The notes beneath the pieces are model-generated. The model was not told the origin of the DNA and did no database searches. It saw nothing but the letters and a program-made list of their open reading frames with translations. Both the position numbers and the translations under genes were made by a program. 64,000 bases of DNA from Mesotaenium endlicherianum (Eukaryota): contig WELA01002297.1 of NCBI GenBank assembly GCA_009602735.1, positions 924,126-988,125 of the forward strand, given 5' to 3'. Shown here one piece after another: positions 50,735 through 64,000 of the stretch; positions within the stretch are counted from its first letter, which is position 1, and each line of letters begins with the position of its first letter.

Positions 50735-53700
50735 ATGGAGGCCTTAACACGGGGTTCAATAGCCTTAATTCCAGCTTCTTTGCCGAGCTGCCTACAAAAG
50801 TCTAGCTCCTCCAATGTAAGCGCCACACCATCCGCGAGTGCGTCAGCATTTTTTCGTGGTGGCAGGAGCCTGAGAGCTGGACGTGAGAACCCTGTTTTAA
50901 GACGGAAGGTGTCCCCAGCTGGTGTCCAAATTCTTGCAGTTAGTGCCGGTGAGGATCCTGACCAAGCAGGACCCTGGGCTGTGCCCAACGATTTTCCTGA
51001 GCCATATGTGTTAGTGTCTACAGATCCTGATGAGATAGAGCTGGAGATCAAAAAAATAGAGAATGAAAATGAGCTACTGCGCAAACAGCTTGAGAAAGTC
51101 AGTGCAGGTCCTACAGACATTGCACAAGAGAGGAAGGCAGTCATTGATGTATCAAGACCGAGAGCTGGAGCCCAACCCCCTTCTGCTCTTGAGTCTGTTG
51201 AAGAAAGTGTCTTAGGTGGCAGCCGCTCAACATTAGACCTTTCTTCTGCAATCGTTGACAAAGCTTCAGTATCGGAGAAATCTCCAACAGTGTCTGCAGA
51301 TAAGCCTGGTAAATGCTGTAATTCCATCTCAGAGAGATACATTTGCGGTCTCAGGTTATCTACGTTGTTGCTGCCAGCATAGCACCTGTGACCAACAGGC
51401 GCAATTTTGCGCAAATGTTTCACGTTGTTTATATGCTGACCACAAAAATCCCGTTATCATGTATGTGGGGTGCTGGACAAGCCACAAGTATCTCGAGTAC
51501 ATTCTCCATGTTGACTGCATGTTTTGAAGTCAGTAAGTACAAGTGTTTTAAAATGAGTAGTGTGTGTCCCAAACCGTTCAGTTGTCAGCTGCTGGGCATG
51601 AACTCAGCTGGCAAGGTAAGAATGTTGTTATCTGCTATTGATGATTCACAATATTTTGTATTTTGCATTGCATGTGCAGCACCTCAAGAGTCATATGTAC
51701 CAGCTCCTCTGGGGGATTCGCAGCTTGCTAGAAGCGAGTTGAAGGAAAGGGGTTTGAAGACCAGTAATGCTATGAGCATTGTTTTTGTTACTTCAGAAGT
51801 CGCACCTTACTCAAAAACAGGAGGCTTAGCGGATGTGGTGGGGTCCCTTCCCCAAGCTTTGGCTTCCAGAGGGCACAGGGTGATGGTGGTAGCACCACGC
51901 TATCTGAATGGAGTTACCGACCACCTTTACGACAACGCTCTAGATTTGGATTGCAGGATCAAAATTGGCTGCTTCAATGCTGACCAGGAGATTGCATACT
52001 TTCACGAGTACAGGGATGGGGTAGACTTTGTAAGTTCTTCCGGGCAACTACACACTGTGTCCATGGTTTTCTCTCAGTTCCTTTTTTGCATGCTTCAAAT
52101 CAATTTTAAGCTTCTGCAAGAGGCCAACAGCAGCTGATTTTGTATGCTGCTCATACATAGTTTTACTGAAGGTACTGGCGGATTTTGCTTGTACGAAGTG
52201 ACTTTATCTTGTGGGAGGGCTCTCTGTTATCTAGATGATGAATGTGGCTCCGATCATGTCATCCAGAGAGGCAACTGATCCTATTCTTGTTACTCTTGTG
52301 GCAGGTGTTTGTCGATCATCCATCTTACCACAGACCTGGCACACCCTACGGAGATACACGTGGTGCATATGGGGATAACCAGGTTAGTGATGGACCAGAT
52401 TTTGCGAGTTGAGACTTCTTGTGGAATATAATAGTATGTCCATATTGCACCTTCTTAAACTTGCTAACTTGTACCTGATCCCTGTTGTAGAGTCTCTCGG
52501 TAGGAGTAAAAAACAACTGTTAACTTCAATATATTTCTTTGTGCGGCACTTGTGTTGTCAGTTTCGATTTACCCTCCTATCCCACGCGGCATGTGAAGCT
52601 CCTCTGCAACTACCCCTCGGAGGCTTTACTTATGGAGAGAAAGTCATGTTTGTCGCCAATGACTGGCATGCTGGCCTTGTGCCTGTGTAAGTTGCCTCAA
52701 TCCACATCAGAATGCACATCCTTCACGTTGTTGATATGCCTGGTAGTGAAGCAGAGACGTTCCCAAGGATTTGATACACAGGCAGTAAATTGATGCTAGC
52801 TCTCAGCTGCCACCTTGCCTCATTGCACTCAGCAGCTTTGATGACAGTGTATTTGTATAGTTCATAATGGGGCCTGCTTGAAGTATTTGTGGTGCAGTCT
52901 TTTGGCGTCCAAGTACAGGCCTTATGGCGTCTATAAGGACTCCCGCTGTGTCCTTGCTATTCACAACCTGTCACACCAGGTAATATCGACCAAAACTTAG
53001 GAGGCACTTAGCATATCTAGAGCGTTCAAGAGCTTTTGTTGTTTCACCCCTAAAATGACCAAAACAGGTCGAGCTCCTCACAGGAGATGCCCTTCACACG
53101 TCTTTATGTGGAAGTTATGGTTATCAGATTACCAGTTCCACAGAAAAAAGTACCCCGAGCTGACAAAATCAGTGTATTGCTATTTAGCAACCTGTCAGCT
53201 GGACTAAGTCTGCACTAAGGCCCTATTTGCCCCATACACTCTTGTCTCCTGTTCCCAGTGCCAGCAGTTTTATAAGGTTCATTTGTTCCTTTGTGATCAA
53301 ATTGTCAGGATGGGTTTACTTCCTGTAGGCTAGTGCCTCTAGGTGTGAGCACACCGACGCCCGTATTAGGCTAAAAATTCCCAAGTTGCCTGAGGGTGAC
53401 GTTTGGATCCGCCGCTCCTCCCAACTTAACCGACCCTCACAGTATGTCACTTTAGCATGTTCATGCTCAGACTAATTAATAAACTTTGTGTTTCCCTGAT
53501 TGGCAACTTGTAGGGAATCTTTACCTGTATTAATATATTGCTGGAGTTGTACAGGGTGTGGAGCCAGGTGTCACATATGGGAACCTAGGACTACCCATGG
53601 ATTGGTACGGTGCCCTGGAATGGGTGTTCCCTCAGTGGGCAAGAGCTCACGAACTTGACAAGGGTGAGGCAGTTAACATTCTGAAGGGAGCTGTCGTAAC

Positions 53701-56700
53701 GTCAGATCGTATCTTGACTGTCAGCCAGGTATACATCTGCTCACTGCAGACACAGCTTGCAAGCATTTAAGCAGGGATGCCATGTTGCCTTGGTTTGCCT
53801 CTACTACACAAGCTGCAGTTTCTAGCATCGACTGACTTTACTGGCTGACATTTTCTGAGGTTGGGGGTAGTCCCCTCTAGACCATCTGCATGTTTATAAG
53901 ATGCTGCCTCTGGCATCCGTGGGGAATATTGTGCATATGTCAGGTGGCTCCAGTAACATGTGCCTTGTATGTTGCCTCATGTATCCTGACGGGCCTCCTA
54001 CTGCTGTCGGCACTGTCTTGCAATATCTCAGGGATATGCTTGGGAAATTACGACTGTGGAGGGTGGCTGGGGCCTGGACGGCCTCCTGCGTTCGCGCAAT
54101 CATGTCATCAATGGTAATCTGTCGGATCCTGCCTGCTAAGGGCATCACAAAATGCGCATAGCAATGCTGGTGCAATCAGCAAAAAAACACACAGTATCTG
54201 GGGTCTTACTCCTGACCAAGCACGTCGCCCTGGAGTACAATTGCATGGGAAGAGTAATGTGCGGAGTTTTGGGTACGGTGGGACATGCGCACTGGTTTCG
54301 TTGAATATTTGCTGAAGAAGCATATTACGTTTGCAAGACCGACCTTGCATTATTAGGGAAGACATGAAGATAACTGGGCTTTACTGCAGGCAATTTTTTT
54401 CCGCTGCAAGTTCTTAGTGTTGTCTGGTGCCTCTTATGGGCACTGATGCACCCTCACTGTTTCTTCACAGGAATCACAAATGGAGTGGACATTGATGACT
54501 GGAACCCAGCAACAGACAAGCACATCCCTGTTCAGTACTCGCTGGAGGACTTGGCAGGCAAGGTACGGGTTATGCTCACTCCACACGTTGTGTCAAACAG
54601 CTTGTGGAAGCAATCTCAGCTCTATCATAAGGGCTCTGGTTCTCTGGGCCAGCAGAGGCATATCTCTGTTTTCTCTAATGCTTACATTTCCAGTGCAGTA
54701 AGTGGATTGCTTCTTGTGTTGGACCTTTGCAGACCCAGTAAGTTACAAGAACTGCTTTATTTTGCGTGCACACAATCTGCAGGATGGCGTCTGGAATTGG
54801 CACCAGTTTCTGAAGGAGCTGCTGCAGGGTTCTGTATCTGGAAGGTGCAATAAGTACATGTTCTTTCTCTCTGTAATGTGTACCGCAGGCTGAATGCAAG
54901 GCAAAGCTGCAGGCAGAGCTCGGGCTCCCCATCAAGCCAGACACACCACTGGTGAGACTTCGTGTCATCATGCCACGCACCCTTGAAGTGGCTGCTTGCG
55001 AGCAAGCTATTCCTGCTGCTCACTTTGTTGTGGGTGGGGTGGGTGGGTGGGTGGGAGAGGTTTATAACAGCAGTTTTTTGACAAGGTCTTCTGTTGCATC
55101 TTTAGCAAACAACAATTTACGGAGATTACCTGTCTGTCTCACAATCCAAGTGTATTGCAAGATCCAATTGCCATCCCCAAGTAATCTAGTAGGTTATCAA
55201 GCATCATATATGTATTAAAGGCCACTTCAGATCCATATTGTAAATGTCTCGCAAGTGAGAATTCTGCAGGCCTCAACAGTGTTGTCTACTATATCGGCTC
55301 TCATACTTTAATGCATCTCTAAGCAGTGGTGTCTATATGAGACTTTTTGCTTCTCGTTTGAACTTAACAAGGGGCTCCTGGGCAAGGCTTCTCTTTGACA
55401 CAATCAATGCCTGTTAATGAAGAAGGGTTGTCCACCCCAACCATTACATCTCGCATGTGTCACATGCCACATGTGACTGTTTGTCTTTCCTATTTGGGTT
55501 TCTATCCCCCAGACGGAAACGTAGCCGCTTTTGTAGTTGGCTGAGGGGGTGAATTGGTTGTGTTGAATTAAGACTCTGCAGCCGGCATGGACCTCTTGGA
55601 TGTGATTAGTGTTGCACTAGTTCTTCCGAGTTTAAGCAGCCATCACTTGTAAATACGCTACTAAATTGCGTCGTGTTGCATTCACTTGGTTCTTCTCGAT
55701 ACAGCCGCAGTCAGATAAGCTGACAAAAGGAAGGTGTAGGAAAGATGAACAGGAGAGGCTGTAAATTGTTTGCTTCAAGGTTATGTAGTGGGCGGTACGC
55801 CCACACTTGGAGTTGGTTGTGAGGGCTGCCAAGCTCCTACTCGTGGCCTCCACCCTCGCTCATTTGATTCCCCAGTCCTACAAACAGTTACACCCGTGAG
55901 AGTGGTAGAGTGCTCAATCTGAGTATGTAGTGAGCCACCAGGAGAAGTGACTGAGCTAAACTTGAGTTTTCTCATAATCCCTGCTGGCAGATCGGTTTCA
56001 TTGGAAGACTGGACTACCAGAAGGGCCCTGATTTGATCCAGGAGGCATTGCCCGAGCTTCTCAGTGACGACGTGCAACTGGTACGGCCTGTAAATTTTGA
56101 CTATATAGCAGAGAAGTAAATGCGTTGACTACAGCTTGTCTTTGGGGTGCAGGGAGCCTTCAAACGCATCTGTAGGTGCAGAGTTGGGTGCATTTGTGCT
56201 CATTAGTGGCAAGAAGCAAGATGTCAGTCGAGTGCATTGCATAGCTCTATCCGTCCCGTAGTGATAACGCTGAAGAAAACGACAGGATGTGCTTTGGAGA
56301 TGACCTGGGACGATGTCTTTGTTGAACTCGGCTCTGGGGTGGGGCAAAGCACGTGTAGGTGGTTAACACAAAACTCTCCTGCTACCGTCATCGTCCTTAT
56401 CTCAGGTGATGCTTGGAAGTGGGGACCCCAAGATGGAGGCGTGGATGGCCTGGGCAGAAACGGAGTACAAGGACAAGTTCCGCGGATGGGTCGGCTTCAG
56501 CGTCCCAGTGGCACACCGCATCACGGCAGGGTGACTCTTCGACATTGCTTGCTCATGCTTTCCTCGTGATTTGCAAGTCAGGATGCTCAGCAGAGACCAA
56601 CAGAGTGGGTCAGGCCTAGTCGTCTCATGCGGTGAGTTATCTTTCTGTGTGTGGGGAATATCTTTTCCAAACAGATGGCAAGGCATGTGATGTGCTGCTT

Positions 56701-58098
56701 TCTGATGTGAGAGTCAAGGTGGACTTGACGAGAGCCAAATTGTAGAGGGGGGGATGAGGGCTGGAGGGTCACCGTTGTCTGTAATTATGCTCCTAGTGGC
56801 TGACGAGCTTCAGTGCCGCAAACTTGACCTGGCTATTCTGCCTTAGCGAGTACTGTGCAATCATTTGGAAGGACACGTGCTCCGAGGAGTAGCTCTTGCC
56901 AGTCGTGGTCCTATTCCCCTCACCCCTCCCTCGTGTTTCTCATTGGTGCAGGTGCGACATCCTGTTGATGCCTTCTAGGTTTGAGCCCTGCGGGTTGAAC
57001 CAGCTGTATGCCATGCGTTACGGGACCGTGCCTGTTGCCCACTGCACGGGTGGCCTGCGGGTAAGCTTCCTCCGTTGTTGCAGCCGTGTGTGAAACTTCA
57101 CTTGGCCGTGGAGGCTGGACGCTACTACCTATATGTGAAACAGAAGCCTATATCCAGTGATGCGAAGGAAGTGTTTGTAGTCCCTTATAGGCTCGCCAAG
57201 CATATGTGGGGCCGCGTTCCACTTCTTATCCACACATTTGCTACGAGAAAATGACATATGCTCACTTGTGCATGCTATCGGTCACATGTTCTGTGCCTCA
57301 GTTGTGCCTTTGCTCAACTTCAGGGGGCCTCCCATCTGACAACTCAGTAAGTAACAAATAAGGCAGTCCCTCAGTTTATTCTTCTAACCCTGTGTTTTTT
57401 GATTAATTGCAGGACACAATCGAGGACTTTAACCCCTTCGCAAACGCAGGACAAGGAGCTGGCACTGGGTATGGATCTATCTTAACCCGTTTCTTTCGTG
57501 TTGCCTTCTTACAGCGGCTTTCATTCTTTCTTTCAGCTGCTGTATGTGGCTGGCTGCCAGCATTTCTATCCTTTCTGAAGCGCAATTTTTTTCATGTTAT
57601 CCTTTTCTTGTTTGAGATGAACATGACAGCATTACGACCCAAGGGGTGCTGACGTTTGACTGCATGAATGGCTGTCAATCGTGTCACAGATGGACCTTCT
57701 CACCTCTGTCGAAGGATGCAATGATGGGAGTAAGTTGCGCATCTGCTTTTCCTTGTGCTTTGTTGCAGTTATGTCATGTGTCCTTTGCGTGATATGACCA
57801 GAGGCTCTTGTTCTCATATGCAGCAAGCTTGCTTTCACAAATGAGGTCTAGGGAGACATTGGGTAGGCATGATTGCTGAGAACTTTCAGACTGCTTGGCT
57901 GTCGAGTTCTGATCGTGTGCTCTGTTGTTTCTTCATTACCAGACACTGTGGACTGCAATTGGAACGTATCGCCATCATGAGAAGTCGTGGGCTGGCCTCA
58001 TGAAGCGTGGAATGGAGCTAGATGTCTCGTGGGAGAGGGCAGCATCTCAGTACGAGCAAGTATTCGAGTGGGCCATGATGGACCCTCCCTATGCCTAA
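50735..58098 (+). CDS. SS1: Soluble starch synthase I, chloroplastic (GT5), many exons
   Basis: [25 protein letters not shown] (KTGGL), [48 protein letters not shown] (SS1-type), [40 protein letters not shown]-terminal [15 protein letters not shown]. Confidence 0.94.
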
Positions 58099-58667
58099 GC
58101 TCAATATTGGTCAAGAGAATTGTGTCATAGCACCATATGTAGTTCATGTTTTCTCGAGGTCGTTACCAAAGGCGGTGAGAAGGTGCTTTCTGTTTCTTGT
58201 GAAGATGTTTGATAGCCACTATCGCCATTTCAGCATATACTAGATAGCACTAGAAGGGAATGGCCAAGGCACCCCTAGGAGAATCTATTGTACGTTTGTA
58301 CTTAGTTGTCAAGTTAGTTTTACACTTCTTCACTTGCTTCGCATACTGTGTCAAATTTAGTACTACTAATAGCTGAGCTGAAGCAAGTCTATGGTGGAGC
58401 TATGTATAAGAAGTGAAAGAGTGCTCAGTCTTCTTGCTTGATGTCATTTTGTTGGTCCAAGGTGTTTTCTGTTTCAATTACGTGTATTTAGCTACGCGAA
58501 GGGGGGGGGGACCTTCCCAACATACCAATCAATTGTTAAGGTATGTCAGCTAGGTCAATTCAAGTGTCACATTCTAATAATGAGATTCTTTTATGCTGTA
58601 GGCATGCATATGAACAAAAGCATGGCAATAGTCATAGCTCCAACAGCCTCTAACAAGAATTGACTAT

Positions 58668-59060
58668 GGGGTGCTAACTCTTTTCATGTGAAGGGTCTTC
58701 TTGGCAAAAACAACCAAAATACTTTTTGGTTGGCAATTTTTTTCAATAATTTTTGCTCGTCCAATAAATCCAATCTTGACAAACTTGGTGACTTTTTCAA
58801 AAGGTCTAAATACCCTACCCAATAACCAATTTAATAGGCATCCTTGCAATAGAACCGACCACATATGTTGCAGGAAATATATATGCAATTTTTGGCGCCT
58901 TCGTCAAAAGCCATTGCGTATAAAATTAATTGTCCGCAGTACCCTGCCTCGGAATTTGACATTGCGTAAAAATTTAATGAGACAAGGATTTTGGCGGACC
59001 GACATGCAAGTTTGGCGGAAATAACATTCTTTTGGGGATTGTTGCGACAGTTAGCACCCC
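58668..59060. mobile_element. Putative non-autonomous DNA transposon (MITE-like), 393 bp
   Basis: Perfect 12-bp terminal inverted repeat ggggtgctaact (58668-58679) / agttagcacccc (59049-59060) around an AT-rich non-coding interior; no clear target-site duplication seen. Confidence 0.6.
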
Positions 59061-60335
59061 TGAGATAAACAAGCATGAAATCAAGCTATCATTGTAAATT
59101 GTTACACATCCATTTGGCAATGTATGCACATATTGCTTTTGCCTCTTACGAAGCTGTGGCATGCAAAGCCTAGTCAATTTCTATGAGATGAATCCCAATA
59201 AGTACATAGGGGATCATTTTATCTCAATCTAAGTCTTGAATACGTAACCATACATGGAACCTTACTAACTTCACAATACGTGTGAATTAGATGATAAGTG
59301 TATTTTCGATTATGCTCCGGCTCAAGTATATAAAGTATTTGTACAATGCTTCAAGGTTCAAGCTGTGTGTCCATTAACATGTCATGGGCTTGTGCGCAAT
59401 GATATCTTGCGTCCAGGTTGAGTGTGCACTTATAAGCCTAATTCTTGCTGTTAACAATGTATCATAAGCTATATGCAAAGATGGGCCGGACATGGTTGCG
59501 GACTTGTCTCATGTTCTAAGGTCTATCTTTTGGGCTACCCCCTCCTCCAGAACCAGCTGAAATTTAGAATCAAGTTAAAAAGCTGACGTTTCGATATATA
59601 TCGATCACGTTTCAAAGAATCGAAGAGTGAAGGAATCGTGCAAATAAGCGTGCGTCTTTCTATATGTAGATGCATGTGCAACTCTGTTGTACTGCCACTC
59701 CACATTAAAAAGAACATCTGCATTGTAGACCAGACCTCGATGTCGTTTTCCCGTCGAGTTATCGAAATTGCCATAGAAAAGGGCGTCACTAAATGGAACT
59801 TAGTTGTTCACCACTTCTCGTCACCTGTTAAAGCCTGTTTACATGTGGCCGCCTCCGAGTTTCTAAGTTGCTCGAGGTTGCGGTCAGCCCATGCATCCTG
59901 GTATAATGCGCTTGAGGGGCCGGTAAACTACGTGTTGACCTGATTCGTAAAAGACACAAAAATGCTCCTGGGAAGTTAAATTGTTGCTGGAGTTATACTT
60001 CTGAGTTGCGGACACGTGACTAACAAGAATAGTAATGAAGGGGGTGCCAAGTCACGAGCTTTGCCCCCCTCGGGTATGCCAAGAAAACATGCTGGCTACA
60101 TGAGAAGGTCAACAGCATCGTGGTAAAATATAATGCGTGTCGAGAGATAATAAATCGAAGGGATATTAGTAATCAATGACTATATTGGCCTGTTATTGAC
60201 AGTGTGGGAACATGCCGTGCCCCATGACTCAATTCCCTCTAGGCAAAAGCGGATGCTCTCTATTGTTGGTAACCATTCAGGATTCAAAGTGCAGCTGGCC
60301 TTTTCGTAATTGTCCCGCGGTTTTCTTCAATCAAA

Positions 60336-61731
60336 ATGGCACAGAGCCAAGAAGCAAAGATAAAGCATTCTGATGACGTACCCGGTCTAATGGTCAAAGT
60401 AGCTCCTCTTACGCCCGAAGATATTTCTGAACCTGAGAAGATTGGTGGGAAATGGACAGAGGTACGCTGGTAGATGAACATAATTAAGCCTTTCCTGCCA
60501 TCTGTGTGTGTTCACCTCTTTCATTTCTACAATACGACTTGGAGCCGTGAAACAAATAAATAGTTCACTCACATGCCTTTCCAGTCAGGTCCAAATCTGG
60601 AGGAGACCAAATTTATGAAGTGAGGAACATTTGAACAAGTATGACATTGTATATCTGTACAGATGTATCTAGACACATGTATGTATGGAACCTGACTGTA
60701 CTCTCACATGTTCTAGTCGAAGAAATACAAATGCTGAAGCCGCTATGTAGAAGTAGCAAATGATTTGTAATACATCAAAAAAAGTACGCATGTGGCCTGC
60801 TCTCTTCAATTGATTTGGAATTGCATGGAGAAGAAGAGTGGCTCATTTGTCCCAAAGAAGGAGAGCATCATTTGAACTCATGCACTAGAATCGACGAGCA
60901 GGTCATGACCAGTATGTACTACAGACCATGTCACGCTTTGCTCGCAACTACCTCTTTACCCTCGCACAAAAAGGTGCCCACAAAGTGGTAAGAAGGGCGC
61001 GAACGTGAAAAGGTGCTCTTTCCTTCTCATTTTTTACATGTGACATGTCAGTCACCTCGCTCAGCTGGCACTGCTGCATACTGCAGAAACACGAGATCGA
61101 GGGGAAGCCTATCACCCCCGAAGATGCTGCGGAAATTGTGTCTGCCGAGCAAAAAGCTGGCCATGACACCAGCAAGGGCAGTCTTGCGGCAAGAATGCAG
61201 GTGAAGTGCCTTCTCACCCTCCTCCATGGCTGCAGTCAGGGTGGCGCTTGTGAATGCACCGCTGAATGTCTGTCATAAAAGCATCACTAGGATGCGCCAT
61301 GAGTCTTCCTTCCTCCCTGGATTAGGACCGTTGCTTTCGAGCCTCCCCAGAGCAGGGGAGTGAGCGTTGGGCTTGCCACTGATACTCGACCTTAATCAAG
61401 ACTGGAGGACGAAGTTGGATGCATTGCCTCTGCCGTCATTCCTCCAGGGGCCGCTGTCCTTGCTGTAGTTCTGTCGATAACGGGCTACTGCTTCCCTCGG
61501 TTTTACGACGCCGATCAGCAATCAGCGGGTCAGCTGCAATTCTCTCCCGCGTGCTTCTGGGTGCAGGCTGCTGCAGATGTGAACGTGAAGGAGGGCATTG
61601 TTCCCCCAGTTGGAACGGCCTCCATGGGCACCGAGAGGGGTGTTCTCACGGAGAAGGAAGATAAGGTGCGGTCTAAAATCAGGACCCAGCATGGGTCGAA
61701 GGAGACTGCGAGTCACGCAATTGGGCCCTGA
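60336..61731 (+). CDS. Small LEA protein with a seed maturation protein (SMP)-like motif; 3 exons (60336-60461, 61087-61200, 61567-61731)
   Basis: Phase-0 GT-AG exons join to ...KPITPEDAAEIVSAEQKAGHDTSKGSLAARMQAAADVN..., resembling the SMP/LEA D-34 repeat; the 3' end is uncertain. Confidence 0.65.
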
Positions 61732-63348
61732 GTGACTCCATGGAGAACCCAGAGCTGCTCACTCAGTGCTTGCAGTAGTGATTGGTAGGGGAAGAAACTG
61801 TGCATCCTCCTGGAGCTTGTTTTACGTGTCTTAGAGAGACTTGGTGATGGAACAAAGTGGCAAGCGCACTGACAGGTGGCCCCCTGCTCTACATCTATAT
61901 GTAAATGTTGCAACATTGCACTTCTGTGTATGTGCTACGTTACCCTGACTCACGCTCTGTCCATGAAATCTTGATGGGTCGCCACAGCTTCCATGTGCAA
62001 GGCTAGATACTTCAAGCTTTGCACGTCTTTAGCCGGCAGTTCCCACATAATGGTGGACCCCTTACTGTCATCATCAGAAATGCCTGCGGTCATGGCGGGC
62101 AATATTCGCCTTGCTTTGCTCGCCAGTTTGTCATAGCAAACTCTTGCACTTTCGTGTGGAGGTATATAAAGGGCATGCCTGTGAAAGAGTTTGCCGATTG
62201 ACATTTGTTGGGAATGGCATGGGCATGCAATCAAATGTTGATTTGGGCATTAAGTTTGTGTGTTAGCTGTAGACGCGTTCATTATCGTTGTATGCCTAAT
62301 GTAACACTCTCAAGACAGTATTGAGGCAGTACTTTTTTTTTTGTATGGAATTAGCCCTCCATGCACGGGAAAATGCAGCTGCTTTCGTACGTCACGCTTG
62401 TCTGATCAAGCCTTAAGTTCTTCGTCGAAGTCTCCTACATGCTAAAGAATGCATACGAAGCTTGCTAGGGGAATTTGAGAAGGAGCTGACCATCAGTTTG
62501 ACAGATCAACACCAATACCAATCATTGTTTCCTCGAAGTGGGCGTCTAGAGTTTGACTTGTATAACAGAGGTCACACTAGCTGTGAACATCTTGCTGCGA
62601 CAACTAATCATATGCAGGGCACTAGCTCCACGAGGGCCACTCAGATGCTGCTCCTTCTTTCGGGCTTGTGGGGACCTGCCCCCTCCTTGTATAGGAAGGC
62701 CTGGCCTTGGCAGAACAGGAAACTACCAGGCATGCACGCTCTGTTGCAAGTAGGTGCTTTACAAGCTCACTCGTATGATGCTAGCTCGCAACGGCAAGGC
62801 GAGGTACACTGCAGCAACATGCTGAGTAACGAGGAGATTCACGATTTGTGTTCAAACTGTACGGTTTTGAAGAGAATTGAAGGATCAGATTGCATCTCTG
62901 ATTGGTCGCCACCTCGAGCACCTCTTACTCAGAGCATGAATATGGAGAAGGCTGGATGAACACCTATTATCCTTCCAATGGTCGAGCATGACCTGCCAGA
63001 CGTTGATAGCTACTTGCTTGGAGGGTTGACCAGGCCAAGCCATGGCTGACTTTGAGACGAAATGGCCCCAGGATGTTACCTGCGTGTCGGCCCAGTTGTG
63101 CATGCACCCGCTCGATGATGATTGAGAGGGCAGCCCTTCCTCCACCCTGAAGAAGCCCATTCTAGGCCACATGTGAGTTGCGTACAGTCTTGAATCTTCC
63201 TGCCAGGTATTCAGAGCTCCTCACTACTATCTTCCAGAGCCGTGGGGTTGGCAAGCAGGGCGCTTCAGACGAGATAATGAGCTGGAGCGCACGCTAGGCC
63301 AGGCAGGGCCCTAAGGGAATAGCAGGTGGCGTCGTCCTGAACGCTGTC

Positions 63349-63462
63349 CTACTTCTCATGAGGTACTTTCTTCTTCACGTACGACAAGTACGGGTCTTGG
63401 GCCGCCGTCACCACGTCGGGTCTGAGGCGCTGGTCGTACGTGAGGCACCGCCGGATGAAGTC
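63349..63462 (-). CDS. Terminal exon of a TOUSLED-like Ser/Thr kinase (rest of gene beyond window)
   Basis: DFIRRCLTYDQRLRPDVVTAAQDPYLSYVKK matches kinase subdomain XI and the C-terminus of plant TOUSLED; AG acceptor at 63463-63464. Confidence 0.8.
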   Translation of the reverse strand, partial: DFIRRCLTYDQRLRPDVVTAAQDPYLSYVKKKVPHEK

Positions 63463-64000
63463 CTGAGCCACACCCGTGCAAGCACGCACGCACGCACGCA
63501 CGCACGCATCCACATGTGAGCAATCTCTGGTCAAAAATCCAGGCAGTGCACATACTCGCCACATGTGCACTGTCGCCGGCTTGAAGTCTGAAGGCGACCA
63601 GCAATAGTGCACCCCTGAAAACAACGCCAGCAGGGCCACTCAGGCTGCCCTATATGCCATAAGGTGGCACCGCCCGATTGCTTAAAAACTCTCACGATGG
63701 ACCCCTTTACTCGTTCACGATTTCTCACATGTGCGGAGCGGCACTGAGGAGCCACGTGCCACGGAAGGGACAGCTCAGCTCATATTCGCCCCATTCAAGC
63801 AACTTCCAACATCCACCCAGTTGTGCGTGCATTGGCTCAAAGTCAGTCAGTCAGTCCGTCAGGCCCGCCCCCGCCGCCACCACGAGTGTGATCGCAACAA
63901 ACATCGCCTCGGCGCCGCAAGCCCTGCCCCAGGAGGCCCAGGACACCAGCCCGCAAGACGCCTGCATGCAGGGCCACCACAAGGCCGACATCATCAATGC

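Noticed and set aside
52235..52278. C-box ATGATGA ... D-box CTGA in an SS1 intron (possible snoRNA)
   Set aside because: Only ~44 nt, and the CTGA coincides with the likely branch point
53411..53430. Minus-strand gttaagttgggaggag resembling the chromovirus PPT in an SS1 intron
   Set aside because: Short match with no adjacent LTR similarity
24330..58098. Possible carbohydrate gene cluster (PPase, sugar-nucleotide transporter, SUT, SS1)
   Set aside because: Interspersed with unrelated genes and acting in different compartments; no evidence beyond chance
1..64000. CRISPR arrays, rRNA or tRNA genes, prokaryotic operons
   Set aside because: None seen; the only tRNA-related sequence is the retrotransposon PBS

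Overview
Eukaryotic, intron-rich nuclear DNA from a green-plant lineage. The gene set and GT-AG introns suggest a streptophyte alga or early-diverging plant; this is inference, not a taxonomic identification. The first ~6.4 kb is a transposon nest. An apparently intact Ty3/gypsy chromovirus (RT-RNase H-integrase-chromodomain, then a 720-bp 3' LTR) carries a large unexplained extra sense ORF between pol and the LTR. That ORF is bracketed by two identical hairpin+polypurine-tract modules and preceded by splice signals. The chromovirus is inserted into the gag start of an older, opposite-strand LTR element. From ~9.9 kb the window is gene-dense: CHL27/CRD1 cyclase (+), plastid Iojap/RsfS (-), ARID-HMG protein (+), an unusual bacterial-looking family I pyrophosphatase (-), a TPT-family nucleotide-sugar transporter (+), a SKIP8-like F-box/SnoaL protein (-), a type II sucrose transporter (-), a BRD1/2/13-like bromodomain protein (+), starch synthase I (+), a MITE-like element, an SMP-domain LEA gene (+) and the last exon of a TOUSLED-like kinase (-). 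One assembly gap (15824-16358) lies in an AG microsatellite. Exon boundaries and family calls were made by eye, with no database searches.
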